From IMG/VR virus record IMGVR_UViG_3300035208_004923, positions 128,001 to 192,000 of that record: a DNA stretch of 64,000 nt; one strand, written 5' to 3'. Below, in pieces: positions 48,452 to 57,956 of the stretch. The stretch comes from a virus (Duplodnaviria > Caudoviricetes). The stretch's first letter is position 1; each line of letters opens with the position of its first letter. A program made the position numbers and the translations under genes. Below the pieces are notes generated by a model. That model was not told the DNA's origin. It did not search any database and saw nothing but the letters and a program-made list of their open reading frames with translations.

Positions 48452-50410
48452 TTAAAATTTTAATGCAGAAATTATTTGGTGTATAGGTGCAAATGCGCCT
48501 GTTAATTTGAACAATCTTCCACCATAATTGAAACAAATGCCTTCAGATGGAAATATTGCATCGATGCCACCTGCATTTTCCAATGATTGTAAATGAATTT
48601 TCAATTTTGCTAAAGCGCCTTCATCGCCTGATTTATTTATATCGTCTATTGCTTTATTAAAGTCAGCTTTTAATTGATTAAGTGATGCATCAGGATTTGG
48701 CGCAAGTATTGTTTGTAAACTTTTAATTATTGCAACACCTACTTGTACAAAAATTGTTCCAACGATTCTTTTTATTTCGCCACCTATTTTTGCGGCGTCC
48801 TTTGCTTCAAAATCTTTGGCCCATGCTAATGTTTTTTCATCAGGAATGTTATCTTTGTTTATTCTAAATGATTTGTCATCAGTTAGCCATCGGCCAATCA
48901 AACCTGCCAATTGAACATCTGTTAATGAATAACCCATTTTTAATATTCTATCTTTCCATTCAGCAGTATAAAAATCTAAGAACGTGTTATTATCTTTAAA
49001 ATTCCATTTTGCTTTTATTTCATCAACCTTTGCATTGAAATACGTTTTTTCTTTATCAAAATTTACGCCATCTTTTAATTTAACATAAGGCGAGCCTTGT
49101 ATTTTAAATGTTTTTTCGATATCTTTATTAATATCTGCTATCATTTTTGCAAGCTTATCTGCCGCTGCACGATCTTGTGATAATGGATTGCCGGCTGTAT
49201 CATATTCAGTCACGTTATGAAATACCATTAAGTTTGTATTGTACGGTACCGTAATCATTGCAGGCGAATAGATTACTTCAAGATGCATGAAGCATTTTCC
49301 ATTTTTAAATATACTTTCAAGATCTTTTTTGTTAAGATCTTTTATTGCATCTTCAAGATCATCGAATGCAAGGTTATATGCATCAGCAATAGGTCCTCTA
49401 CCTGCAAATTTTGCCATTAACGCATTTTTATCAACTGCGTTTTCACCAAAATTCTTATATTCACCTTTATTTCTTGCTGTAACAATTTTTCCATCTTTGT
49501 AACTAATTGCAATTGTAACGCCATCAGTTTTTTCAACGGTATTCTCTAATTTGCCTGAAAGTCCAAGATTTATAATTTCTTTCATTTGTCCAAATGTAAT
49601 TGTCAAATCATCATAAACATGTTCAAGATGACCGAATGCGCCGCCTTCATCAATTCCTGCAAAACCTTTAAATGCATTTGGACCCATAAACATTCCATCC
49701 AAGTCTTTCCATCCATTCGGATAATATTCCGCGTAATCTTTACAAACGGCAGGATGCGTTTCATTAGATTCTTTTATTGAATTTAATTTAGTATTCAATA
49801 AATTAAAAATGCCTGCATCTAGTTTCTTGTATATTTTTTTAAAGAAATTTTCTTTATCTTTTATTGCGTGGCTATTATCTCTGAAATAGTTGCGTACTTC
49901 TGTTGCACTCATGTTAACAGATGGCGAATTTTCTTGTACATAGATATATCCTTTTGTTTCATATCCATCAAGTTCAACATTGTCATTGTATATGTCAAAG
50001 TATTTTCCTCTTGTTAATCGTTCAGCATCTTTACCACCAAGAACAGTAATCAATGCAGTATCTTTTGTAAACATTGTAAGCAATTCGGTAGGTGCATAAG
50101 TATTTTTTACTTTAACAATTTTTGATGGCGGTATTTTAAACATTTTTGTCATTATCAATTTTTTCTCATCAAAAGACAAGAAATGATTATCGTCATACGC
50201 TGCCTTGCCTACTTCAGATTGATTAAGATCTCCGGTTGTTATGTATACATTTTCTTTGCCAAATTTTGCAACTAATTGTTCATATATATCGAAATGCCCG
50301 ATATGAAAAGGCTGAAATTTGCCACTGTAACTAACAACAAAATTTCCATTTTTATTTGTTTCATTAATAAATTGTTCCAGCGTTTTAAGTTTGCTTATTT
50401 CTATTTTCAT
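48452..50410 (-). CDS. HIGH-family nucleotidyltransferase fused to a ligase-like (DUF6267-like) domain
   Basis: SGKFQPFHIGH and MSATEVR in the N-domain; GHLEH, EKTDG and SEGICF in the C-domain; tag-like KLKTLEQFINE. Confidence 0.7.
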   Translation of the reverse strand: MKIEISKLKTLEQFINETNKNGNFVVSYSGKFQPFHIGHFDIYEQLVAKFGKENVYITTGDLNQSEVGKAAYDDNHFLSFDEKKLIMTKMFKIPPSKIVKVKNTYAPTELLTMFTKDTALITVLGGKDAERLTRGKYFDIYNDNVELDGYETKGYIYVQENSPSVNMSATEVRNYFRDNSHAIKDKENFFKKIYKKLDAGIFNLLNTKLNSIKESNETHPAVCKDYAEYYPNGWKDLDGMFMGPNAFKGFAGIDEGGAFGHLEHVYDDLTITFGQMKEIINLGLSGKLENTVEKTDGVTIAISYKDGKIVTARNKGEYKNFGENAVDKNALMAKFAGRGPIADAYNLAFDDLEDAIKDLNKKDLESIFKNGKCFMHLEVIYSPAMITVPYNTNLMVFHNVTEYDTAGNPLSQDRAAADKLAKMIADINKDIEKTFKIQGSPYVKLKDGVNFDKEKTYFNAKVDEIKAKWNFKDNNTFLDFYTAEWKDRILKMGYSLTDVQLAGLIGRWLTDDKSFRINKDNIPDEKTLAWAKDFEAKDAAKIGGEIKRIVGTIFVQVGVAIIKSLQTILAPNPDASLNQLKADFNKAIDDINKSGDEGALAKLKIHLQSLENAGGIDAIFPSEGICFNYGGRLFKLTGAFAPIHQIISALKF

Positions 50411-50482
50411 TTTATTGAATTATATTATGTGGATAATTAGATTCTGACATACTTGAAAATCTTCTAATTCTCATATTTTCTA

Positions 50483-51286
50483 TTAGTAACGGCCGTATGC
50501 AGATTGATTTTCAAAAGAACCTGCTATGAATTCTTTGCCATCAACTTTAACAGTAACAACCGATGACCATCTTTGTGTATCTATTTGAACAAAACCGATA
50601 GAGTTATGAATAGTGTCACTACTAATGCTTGTGTTATTTTTATCAATTTCAATTTTTGATGTAGGTGTAACTTTTACTTTATTTTTCTTAAGTCCGTCTA
50701 GCGTCATTGTTAATACTTTAGTAAAATCTGAACCAGCATAGGCAGAATAACTTGTCTTTCTTGCTACAGCTACTGCTACATTTAATAACGATGCAGCTGC
50801 ATCAGATGTCCATGATTTTAATACATTTATAATATTTGTTAATGCATCTCTCATTGCAGGTAAATCTTTATTTGCTGCTTTAAATTCAGGTTCTATTCTT
50901 TTTATTGCATCTGACAAAGGACCTTGCGATCTTCCGCCTGGCGCAGCATCAGTGTATAAAAATGCAACAAATTCAATAATAGGTGCAGATGCAACACCTG
51001 TTTTTAAATATGTAGTTGCAGATTTAATAACTTCTTTAAATTTTTCAACTGGTGCTTCATCTCCAAAGTATGTATATCGCAATCCTGCTGTTGGCCATCC
51101 TGCTTCATAATGAAACAATGAACATACTGTTCTTATTTCACCTTTTAAATAAGTTTTAAATGTAGTTGTTTTTTCAAGACCGTGACGAGTTGCAAACTCA
51201 AGTCCTGATTCCTCAATTGCTTCATTAATTGCATTCGATTTTTCTATGAATATAAATTCATTCAATGATGGTATTCTATTTTTCAT
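50483..51286 (-). CDS. tagged putative internal head protein
   Basis: N-terminus MKNRIPSLNEFIFIE...INE. Confidence 0.55.
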   Translation of the reverse strand: MKNRIPSLNEFIFIEKSNAINEAIEESGLEFATRHGLEKTTTFKTYLKGEIRTVCSLFHYEAGWPTAGLRYTYFGDEAPVEKFKEVIKSATTYLKTGVASAPIIEFVAFLYTDAAPGGRSQGPLSDAIKRIEPEFKAANKDLPAMRDALTNIINVLKSWTSDAAASLLNVAVAVARKTSYSAYAGSDFTKVLTMTLDGLKKNKVKVTPTSKIEIDKNNTSISSDTIHNSIGFVQIDTQRWSSVVTVKVDGKEFIAGSFENQSAYGRY

Positions 51287-51306
51287 AATATGTTTTTATT
51301 TATTTT

Positions 51307-52467
51307 TTACTTGATTATGTTATGAGGATAATTAAATTCTCTATTTTGGAACTTTAATATTTTTTCGTTACGAATATTGCCACTGCAAATATCTATTGCG
51401 TTCATTATCGTACAATCATTTGACCATGATTCTTCGCCAATCATTAGCGTTTCTATGTATGGAATTAAACTTAAAGAAATTTCTCGTGTTGCTGAATTCC
51501 ATAAATAAGATGGCGAATGGTCAACTGAATAGTATGTTATATTTTTTCCTACTTTAAATGTAGGATCATCGAATGATGTTGGTTTTGCAAAATAAAATCC
51601 CATGTTCTCATCACAACTTATATCAATTATTGATGTAAATTGTTTTAGAGAATTTGCTTGTTTTATATTAGATATAAACATCATTGGGTTGGTGACATCT
51701 TGCAATACGCCATTAACTATGATATCACTACTTCGAAGTTCTTCGATAAGATGTGATATTTTTCCTTCTGTTGAAATAACTGAAAGGTAATCAGTTTCAG
51801 GAAAGTTAATCATTTGGTTATAATATACGTCTGGGTTTTTATCTGCTATTAAATGAACAGGGCGTTTTGTGAATACATGAATGTTATTAAATCCCCGTCC
51901 TTGTAATGCATAAATTGCACCTTTACTGACAGAGCCGTATCCTAAAATAGATACTTTTTTTCTAGGTCCGTACATTCCGTCTAAACCTTGTAATCCTAAA
52001 TAATGAATAACACCTGCATATCCTGCAAGTTCATTGTTTCGATAAAATATGTGCAATGATTTTTCTCCATTATTCCATGTATGCATTTCTTCCCATGCAA
52101 TTAAAGTCAATTTTTTTGCAATTGCAATCTCAGCGATTTCAAATTGTTGAATTGCATGAGACCAACCGCAAAGAATTTGGCCGTCTTTCATTTGTTTTAA
52201 ATCGTCAATTACAGGTTTTGGCAATATGATCATATCACACATTTCAAATAAAGAATCACGAGATACAATATTGTAACCTGCTTTTATAAAATCTTCATCA
52301 GGAATTCCGAAATTTGTTCCGTAATTTTCTTCTAGATAAATTGAAGATATTAAATTATAACTTATCAATGATAATAAGTGTTGCGGATGAATCGGCAATC
52401 GTTTTTCGTTTTCCTTTTTAGATGTTTTAAAAAGGCCAGTCTTTAAATATTTATTTGCCGTATTCAT
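51307..52467 (-). CDS. N5-(carboxyethyl)ornithine synthase-like / AlaDh-PNT family NAD(P)H oxidoreductase
   Basis: SKKENEKRLPIHP, NNELAGYAGV, GYGSVSKG, IIDISCD, YSVDHSPS. Confidence 0.8.
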   Translation of the reverse strand: MNTANKYLKTGLFKTSKKENEKRLPIHPQHLLSLISYNLISSIYLEENYGTNFGIPDEDFIKAGYNIVSRDSLFEMCDMIILPKPVIDDLKQMKDGQILCGWSHAIQQFEIAEIAIAKKLTLIAWEEMHTWNNGEKSLHIFYRNNELAGYAGVIHYLGLQGLDGMYGPRKKVSILGYGSVSKGAIYALQGRGFNNIHVFTKRPVHLIADKNPDVYYNQMINFPETDYLSVISTEGKISHLIEELRSSDIIVNGVLQDVTNPMMFISNIKQANSLKQFTSIIDISCDENMGFYFAKPTSFDDPTFKVGKNITYYSVDHSPSYLWNSATREISLSLIPYIETLMIGEESWSNDCTIMNAIDICSGNIRNEKILKFQNREFNYPHNIIK

Positions 52468-53554
52468 CTATGATTGGATATTTTGCTAATATTCCTTCAT
52501 AATCCATTGGCCATTTTGAAGATAATATTTCTTCTTTGTATTCAGGCCAATAAATTGAATGACCTTGTGACATATATTTTCTCCAAAGTTCTTCTTTGAA
52601 CGAATCTGGCAATTCTCTTCGGTAAAAATCTTTATAAACTTCCATGTATACTTCACAAAGTTTTACACTTCCTAATCCTGTTGCACTATTCGTTTCAAGT
52701 ACCCATATTTTACCTTGTTTATCAACAACCACATCCAAAGACCAAAGGCCAAGTTCAATTTCTTTTCGTACTTCACCAGATATTCGATAAATCTCATTCA
52801 TGAAATCATCAGGAATTTTATTCATATCTTGATATGCATATATGAATTTTACCTTTTCATCAACTTTTTTTGTTCGTATTGATTGGTCTTCTTTTATTGT
52901 TGGTACACGTTCATTTATAATAAAACATTTATCATTTAAAAATACGCATCGGTATTCTCTATCAAAATCAATGAATTGAGAATATAAATCAAATGATTTT
53001 TCTTCTCCTCTTAATTCAAATGTTTCAGGCTCTTTTTTAAGATCTGCTGCTGTATCAATTTTTTTTATGCCTAATCCCGAATGTCCTTTTGCTATTTTTG
53101 CGATAACAGGAAATCCCACAGCACCTTCGATTGCTTCTTCTCGTTTAAAAACTGTTTTTGGAAGCCAATCGCAATTTGCAAATATTTTCGAGAATTGTAC
53201 TTTATCGCCTGATTTTAACATTGGTTCAGGAAGATTATACATTCTTTTTGGATTTACATTAAATTTATTAATAAATTGTAAAGATTCCTTTGAATTACCG
53301 CCATAATAAATAACTGGCAGATTTCTAGGTATAATGATATCATCACGTTTTACATCTGTTGCTGTGTAATATGATATGTACAATTGGTCAATTGCTGCTT
53401 TATTGATTGCTGCTTCTCTTTCTGATGTATCTCCTGATAATGCTGCAAGATCTGCTCCTTGTCTGATGAAAATAATTTTCTTGTCGAATTGGTCACTTAA
53501 ACCTAATGTAATGAATTCTTCAAGCGTTTTTAGTTTGCCTAATTGTATTGCCAT
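52451..53554 (-). CDS. RimK-like ATP-grasp ligase
   Basis: DK..F, LPKT, FPVIAK..GHSGLG, QFID..REYR, LD...VLETNS; tag-like KLKTLEEFI. Confidence 0.8.
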   Translation of the reverse strand: MAIQLGKLKTLEEFITLGLSDQFDKKIIFIRQGADLAALSGDTSEREAAINKAAIDQLYISYYTATDVKRDDIIIPRNLPVIYYGGNSKESLQFINKFNVNPKRMYNLPEPMLKSGDKVQFSKIFANCDWLPKTVFKREEAIEGAVGFPVIAKIAKGHSGLGIKKIDTAADLKKEPETFELRGEEKSFDLYSQFIDFDREYRCVFLNDKCFIINERVPTIKEDQSIRTKKVDEKVKFIYAYQDMNKIPDDFMNEIYRISGEVRKEIELGLWSLDVVVDKQGKIWVLETNSATGLGSVKLCEVYMEVYKDFYRRELPDSFKEELWRKYMSQGHSIYWPEYKEEILSSKWPMDYEGILAKYPIIDEYGK

Positions 53555-53600
53555 GCTGCTTTTTTGATTATTTTATTATATATTCAGAATAATAAAATGA

Positions 53601-53630
53601 AAAAAGCAGTACTCTCTCGAATACTGCTTT
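53601..53630 (-). terminator. rho-independent terminator
   Basis: AAAGCAGTA...TACTGCTTTTTT. Confidence 0.7.
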
Positions 53631-53647
53631 AATATGTTTAATGCTAA

Positions 53648-53908
53648 TTATTTATTTAGCATACCGATGATTGCTCCATAGTCTAAACCATCGTCTGATT
53701 TTTTCTTTAACAAACCTGTGATAACTTCATCAGCTTTTGCTTGGTCATATGAATCGCCATGCATTTTTTTCAATTTTTCTTCAGCCCAAGATTTGAATTC
53801 TTCATCAGAATTAATAGTGCCTTCTAAAATTGCTTGTTCTTCAGCTAATTTATCTGCTTGTAATTGTTCATTTACGAACTCGTCGATTGATAAGATTCTT
53901 CTTTTCAT
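53648..53908 (-). CDS. tagged small putative head protein (paralog of the C-terminus of 53926..54576)
   Basis: MKRRILSIDEFVNE; shared EEFKSWAEEKLKKMHGD domain. Confidence 0.6.
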   Translation of the reverse strand: MKRRILSIDEFVNEQLQADKLAEEQAILEGTINSDEEFKSWAEEKLKKMHGDSYDQAKADEVITGLLKKKSDDGLDYGAIIGMLNK

Positions 53909-53925
53909 TGTATGATATTTATTTT

Positions 53926-54576
53926 TTATTTATTTAACATTCCAATGATTGAACCGTAGTCTAAATCATCGTCTGATTTTTTCTTTAATAATCCAGTGAT
54001 AGTTTCGTCAGCTTTTGCTTGGTCGTATTTATCACCGTGCATTTTTTTCAATTTTTCTTCAGCCCAAGATTTGAATTCTTCGTCTGTTTTTATATCAGCT
54101 TCAAGAATTGCTGATTCTCTTAAAGATAATGGACCTTTATATTTTTTGATTTGTTTATCTAACTCATCAAGTTCTTTTTGTAAATCTGCTGGTGTTTTTT
54201 GTTTTAATGCTTCTTCTTCAAGAGCTTTTTGCATTGCTTGTAATTTATCAGCAGTTTCTTTTTTCTTTGCAATTGCTGCTAAATATTTATTATCATCAAT
54301 AGTTTCATCTTCCTCATCAATAGTATTAGCTGCATTTTTTGGTCCAACACCTTTAACCCAGCCTTCTTTAATTTTTGCAAAAAATTCACTGCGTTTTGTG
54401 TGATGCAATTGAGACATATGCGAAACACCAAAAGAATCTAAAGTTGAATGCCAATGTTTTTTGTATTGGTCCTTTAGACTTTCTGCTTCTTCTAAAAGTT
54501 CCAATTCAGAAACTTCAGATTCAAACATTTTTTCTTTTTGAACGTATTCGTCAATAGATAATATTTTTCTTTTCAT
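53926..54576 (-). CDS. tagged putative head protein
   Basis: MKRKILSIDEYVQKE; C-terminal domain duplicated in the downstream gene. Confidence 0.6.
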   Translation of the reverse strand: MKRKILSIDEYVQKEKMFESEVSELELLEEAESLKDQYKKHWHSTLDSFGVSHMSQLHHTKRSEFFAKIKEGWVKGVGPKNAANTIDEEDETIDDNKYLAAIAKKKETADKLQAMQKALEEEALKQKTPADLQKELDELDKQIKKYKGPLSLRESAILEADIKTDEEFKSWAEEKLKKMHGDKYDQAKADETITGLLKKKSDDDLDYGSIIGMLNK

Positions 54577-54607
54577 ATTATATAAATTTTTATTATATAT
54601 TCACGAA

Positions 54608-54796
54608 TTATTTGCAAATTTGTGATAATGTCGCAACGTATTCGTTAACAGACATATTTACACGTTTTGCTTCGTCAGTTAATACAGATAGCGTTTTTAA
54701 CATGCTTTCTTTTACATCGTTATTGTATTTTTCAAGTATAAAGAATTGTTGATTATCTTCTCTTACTTTTTCAACTACTGCTGATATTTTTTTCAT
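54608..54796 (-). CDS. hypothetical protein
   Basis: 62 aa ORF filling a gap. Confidence 0.5.
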   Translation of the reverse strand: MKKISAVVEKVREDNQQFFILEKYNNDVKESMLKTLSVLTDEAKRVNMSVNEYVATLSQICK

Positions 54797-54817
54797 TGCT
54801 GTTTATTTTATTTTAAT

Positions 54818-55696
54818 TTAATTTTCTCCTGAAGTGTCAGCTACTATTACAGTTTGCCATTTATCTAAACCGAATAAATCTTTAACTTTAAACGTTAAAT
54901 CTTTATCACCTAATTTAACTGCTGTTGTTAAATCTTTTGTTGTAAATGCAATAACTTCTGTATCGCCATTTTTTGGGTGAACATAATATGTAATACCTTT
55001 AAAAATAACTTCATATACATTTTTTTCAATCATATCACCTAATGCAGGTTTGACATCTTCGCCTTCGTTAATTAGTGTATGTTTTGTTATTTTTGTTTCT
55101 TCTTCAACTTTAGGTTTTTCGTTTTTCTTAACAACGTCTGTCATTTTAAAATCGTCAAGTATTTCTAACATGATATGTTTTTCATTAGATATTTTTCCGC
55201 CTCTTACAAGATCCATGAATTTTCTCCATCGTTTCTTAAAATCAGCCAATACTTCTGTATCATCAATTCGATTGCAAACTTCTTTATAAACTTTTGTTAA
55301 TTTATCTTCTTCATCAACATGTTTAGTGTCAATTTTTCTTACAGCATAATCATCAACTACGCCATAAACAAAAACAAATTTTTTCTCTTTGCTTTCTTTA
55401 GCCCAAACAATTACAAAAGTTACATCTTTATCATCTTTGTACTTTTTGATTTGTTCCCAATCGTCAACAGTATCAGCAACAGAAAAATCTTTTGTTACTT
55501 CGCATACTTCGTAACGATTACCATATCTATCCTCTACGATATTGCCTTTTTTCAATTCAGGAAGATTTGTTTTTGGTTTTATTACTTCCTCTTCCTCTAT
55601 ATGCGTGGGTTTTGTTTGCTCTCCTGTTGGCGATTCATTATCAGCCTTCATTTTAGCAACAAATTCATCTATAGAAAGAATTCTTTTGTTATTCAT
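54818..55696 (-). CDS. tagged putative head protein
   Basis: MNNKRILSIDEFV; class 3 motif upstream. Confidence 0.55.
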   Translation of the reverse strand: MNNKRILSIDEFVAKMKADNESPTGEQTKPTHIEEEEVIKPKTNLPELKKGNIVEDRYGNRYEVCEVTKDFSVADTVDDWEQIKKYKDDKDVTFVIVWAKESKEKKFVFVYGVVDDYAVRKIDTKHVDEEDKLTKVYKEVCNRIDDTEVLADFKKRWRKFMDLVRGGKISNEKHIMLEILDDFKMTDVVKKNEKPKVEEETKITKHTLINEGEDVKPALGDMIEKNVYEVIFKGITYYVHPKNGDTEVIAFTTKDLTTAVKLGDKDLTFKVKDLFGLDKWQTVIVADTSGEN

Positions 55697-55719
55697 ACAA
55701 GATATTTTATTTTATATAT

Positions 55720-57249
55720 TTAAAATGTAACCTTGTATATTTTATGTGGGAAACCTTGAGCAATATAAGTACGTATTCTTTCTTTACCATGTTTCAACAA
55801 ATAGTTTTCATCGCCTAATGTAAAATCATCAACAAAATCCCAAATTGTTACTCTTTCCTTTTCAGCATGCAATCGCATTCCACGGCCGATTGTTTGTCTA
55901 ATGATTCTATCAGACTTATAACTTTCTAACATGAAAATGTTAAATATGTTATTGATTGAGATACCTGTACTTAATGTACCAAATGAAGCAACAAGAATAA
56001 TGTTGTCGTTATTCTTCATTTTTTCAAAATAGTTTTCTCTAAGATGTATAGCAGTTCCACCATCTACATAATAAACTTCTTTATCAGTATTGTTTCTTAA
56101 CCAATCATAAACTTTACGTCCATAACCGTATTTGATGTCAGAAAATAATACCAATGAATTTCGTGTTGATTTTGCAACAAATCCACAAACGTAATTGAAT
56201 CTTCTTCTGCTTTCAATTACTACTTTCTTTTCGATATTTAATAGTTCTGAACCTTCGAATTCTGAACGACGTTCACGCAAATCTTTTAACTTTTGTCTTA
56301 ATTCGATTTCAAGGTATTTCATTTGAATAACTTTAACAGCAACTTTTGTTGCATATGAATTATCAATTAAGAATTTTGCAGATACGTCATTTACAAACGG
56401 ACCAAGATATGCTTGTAATGTAAAATGGTCTGCACTATCTTCTTCTTTTTTAAGTGTTCCTGATAGACCAAAACTGTATCTCAAATCTTTACATTTTGAA
56501 ATTACAGTTTTAACTGATGCGCTATTTGTGTAATGCGCTTCATCGACACAAACAACGTCAACGCCATCAAACCAATCAGCGTCACGTTTAACCAAAGATT
56601 GAAACGTTCCTATTACACATGCAGCATCAGATTTTCTTTTATCTGTCCCGCCATGTATTGGTTGAATTGTAAATTTAAGTTTTCCATTATTGTATTCTTC
56701 AAAATCTTCCATTGTTTGAATGATTAATGAAGTATTAGGTACAACAATCATGTATCTGCTTGCTTTTTTAGAATCAAGCAAATAAGCAAACATCATGAAT
56801 ATCATTAATGTTTTACCAGCAGACGTTGCAATTTCTGAACTTGAACGTTTAAATTTTAAAATGTTGTAAACTGAACTTATTTGGTAATCTCTAATTTCTT
56901 TAGGACCGCCTTTGCAATGTTTAGGATGATCTTTGAAAAAATCCCATACCCATGCTTCAAATATTTCGGGTGTTAACTCTGGGTCAACAATTGAATCGAA
57001 TCCTTCTATGTCAAGTTCAAATTCAAACTTTTTGCAACATACGTTAAGTTCATTCCATAAACCGATAGGTATTCGATTATATTTATCTATAAATGCGATA
57101 TATCCATCCCATATTTTCTTTTTAACGAGTGGGTGGAATCTCCAATTTTGTATTCTTCTTTTAAATGAAAATCTTATTTGGTCTATTTCTTGTTTCGTAT
57201 ATTCAGTAAGTTGTATAAAGTTTCCATCTTCGGTTACTTGAGCTTTCAT
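55720..57249 (-). CDS. uvsW: UvsW-like SF2 DNA helicase
   Basis: WDGYI, RDYQ, ATSAGKT, VDEAH, GLSGT, QTIGRGMR. Confidence 0.93.
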   Translation of the reverse strand: MKAQVTEDGNFIQLTEYTKQEIDQIRFSFKRRIQNWRFHPLVKKKIWDGYIAFIDKYNRIPIGLWNELNVCCKKFEFELDIEGFDSIVDPELTPEIFEAWVWDFFKDHPKHCKGGPKEIRDYQISSVYNILKFKRSSSEIATSAGKTLMIFMMFAYLLDSKKASRYMIVVPNTSLIIQTMEDFEEYNNGKLKFTIQPIHGGTDKRKSDAACVIGTFQSLVKRDADWFDGVDVVCVDEAHYTNSASVKTVISKCKDLRYSFGLSGTLKKEEDSADHFTLQAYLGPFVNDVSAKFLIDNSYATKVAVKVIQMKYLEIELRQKLKDLRERRSEFEGSELLNIEKKVVIESRRRFNYVCGFVAKSTRNSLVLFSDIKYGYGRKVYDWLRNNTDKEVYYVDGGTAIHLRENYFEKMKNNDNIILVASFGTLSTGISINNIFNIFMLESYKSDRIIRQTIGRGMRLHAEKERVTIWDFVDDFTLGDENYLLKHGKERIRTYIAQGFPHKIYKVTF

Positions 57250-57268
57250 CAGATTAATTTAGTTTATT

Positions 57269-57481
57269 TTAGTAAAACCGCAATTCTTCGGCTTTGTTTT
57301 GGTATTGAATTTTGCGTAAAAAACGTATAACTTCTTCATAATCTTTTCTATCAACAATTACATGCTCATCATCGACTGATAGCATTCGTTGTGTTGATGG
57401 GTGTGTATGCAGATAATCAAGTCCTATTCGTTTTCCTTCCAAAATATCTTTTTCTTTTGTTGTTTCGTTTTCTGTTGTCAT
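57269..57481 (-). CDS. hypothetical protein
   Basis: 70 aa ORF. Confidence 0.55.
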   Translation of the reverse strand: MTTENETTKEKDILEGKRIGLDYLHTHPSTQRMLSVDDEHVIVDRKDYEEVIRFLRKIQYQNKAEELRFY

Positions 57482-57485
57482 AATC

Positions 57486-57956
57486 TTAATGTTGTTTTCT
57501 TCTATATTGTTCTAATTCAATTCGCCATTTTATACCGTAATACATATGATCTAGCGAATCAACAGTTCCTCTCATATATGATAAATGCGTTGAAAATGTT
57601 TCAAGTGTTTTCACATGTTTTTCCAAATCAACATCAATAAACATATTTCTAGGTTCTTTGTCTAATCGGTAATCGCTTTCTTGCGTATAGTAAATAAAAC
57701 GTTCTTTTTTTAATTTTTTCAATTTTGCATTAATGCCTGTTATTAATTGCATTAATGTATGCGTGTATTCAAGAGCAACCTGCCGTTGTGATAAAACATC
57801 AACCAACACATCTGATACTTGTCCCATATCATACATACGTTGTGTTAAGCCCGCTATTTTTTCTTGCCATTCACGACGTTCTCTATCAAATCTTGCAGTA
57901 ATTGATTCTTTATCTTTTTCAGAAGAGTTTTCCTGATTTTTGTTTATTTCTTCCAT
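57486..57956 (-). CDS. uvsY: UvsY-like recombination mediator
   Basis: Helical protein with YY, FIDVD and YGIKWRIE C-terminal pattern; near uvsW. Confidence 0.65.
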   Translation of the reverse strand: MEEINKNQENSSEKDKESITARFDRERREWQEKIAGLTQRMYDMGQVSDVLVDVLSQRQVALEYTHTLMQLITGINAKLKKLKKERFIYYTQESDYRLDKEPRNMFIDVDLEKHVKTLETFSTHLSYMRGTVDSLDHMYYGIKWRIELEQYRRKQH

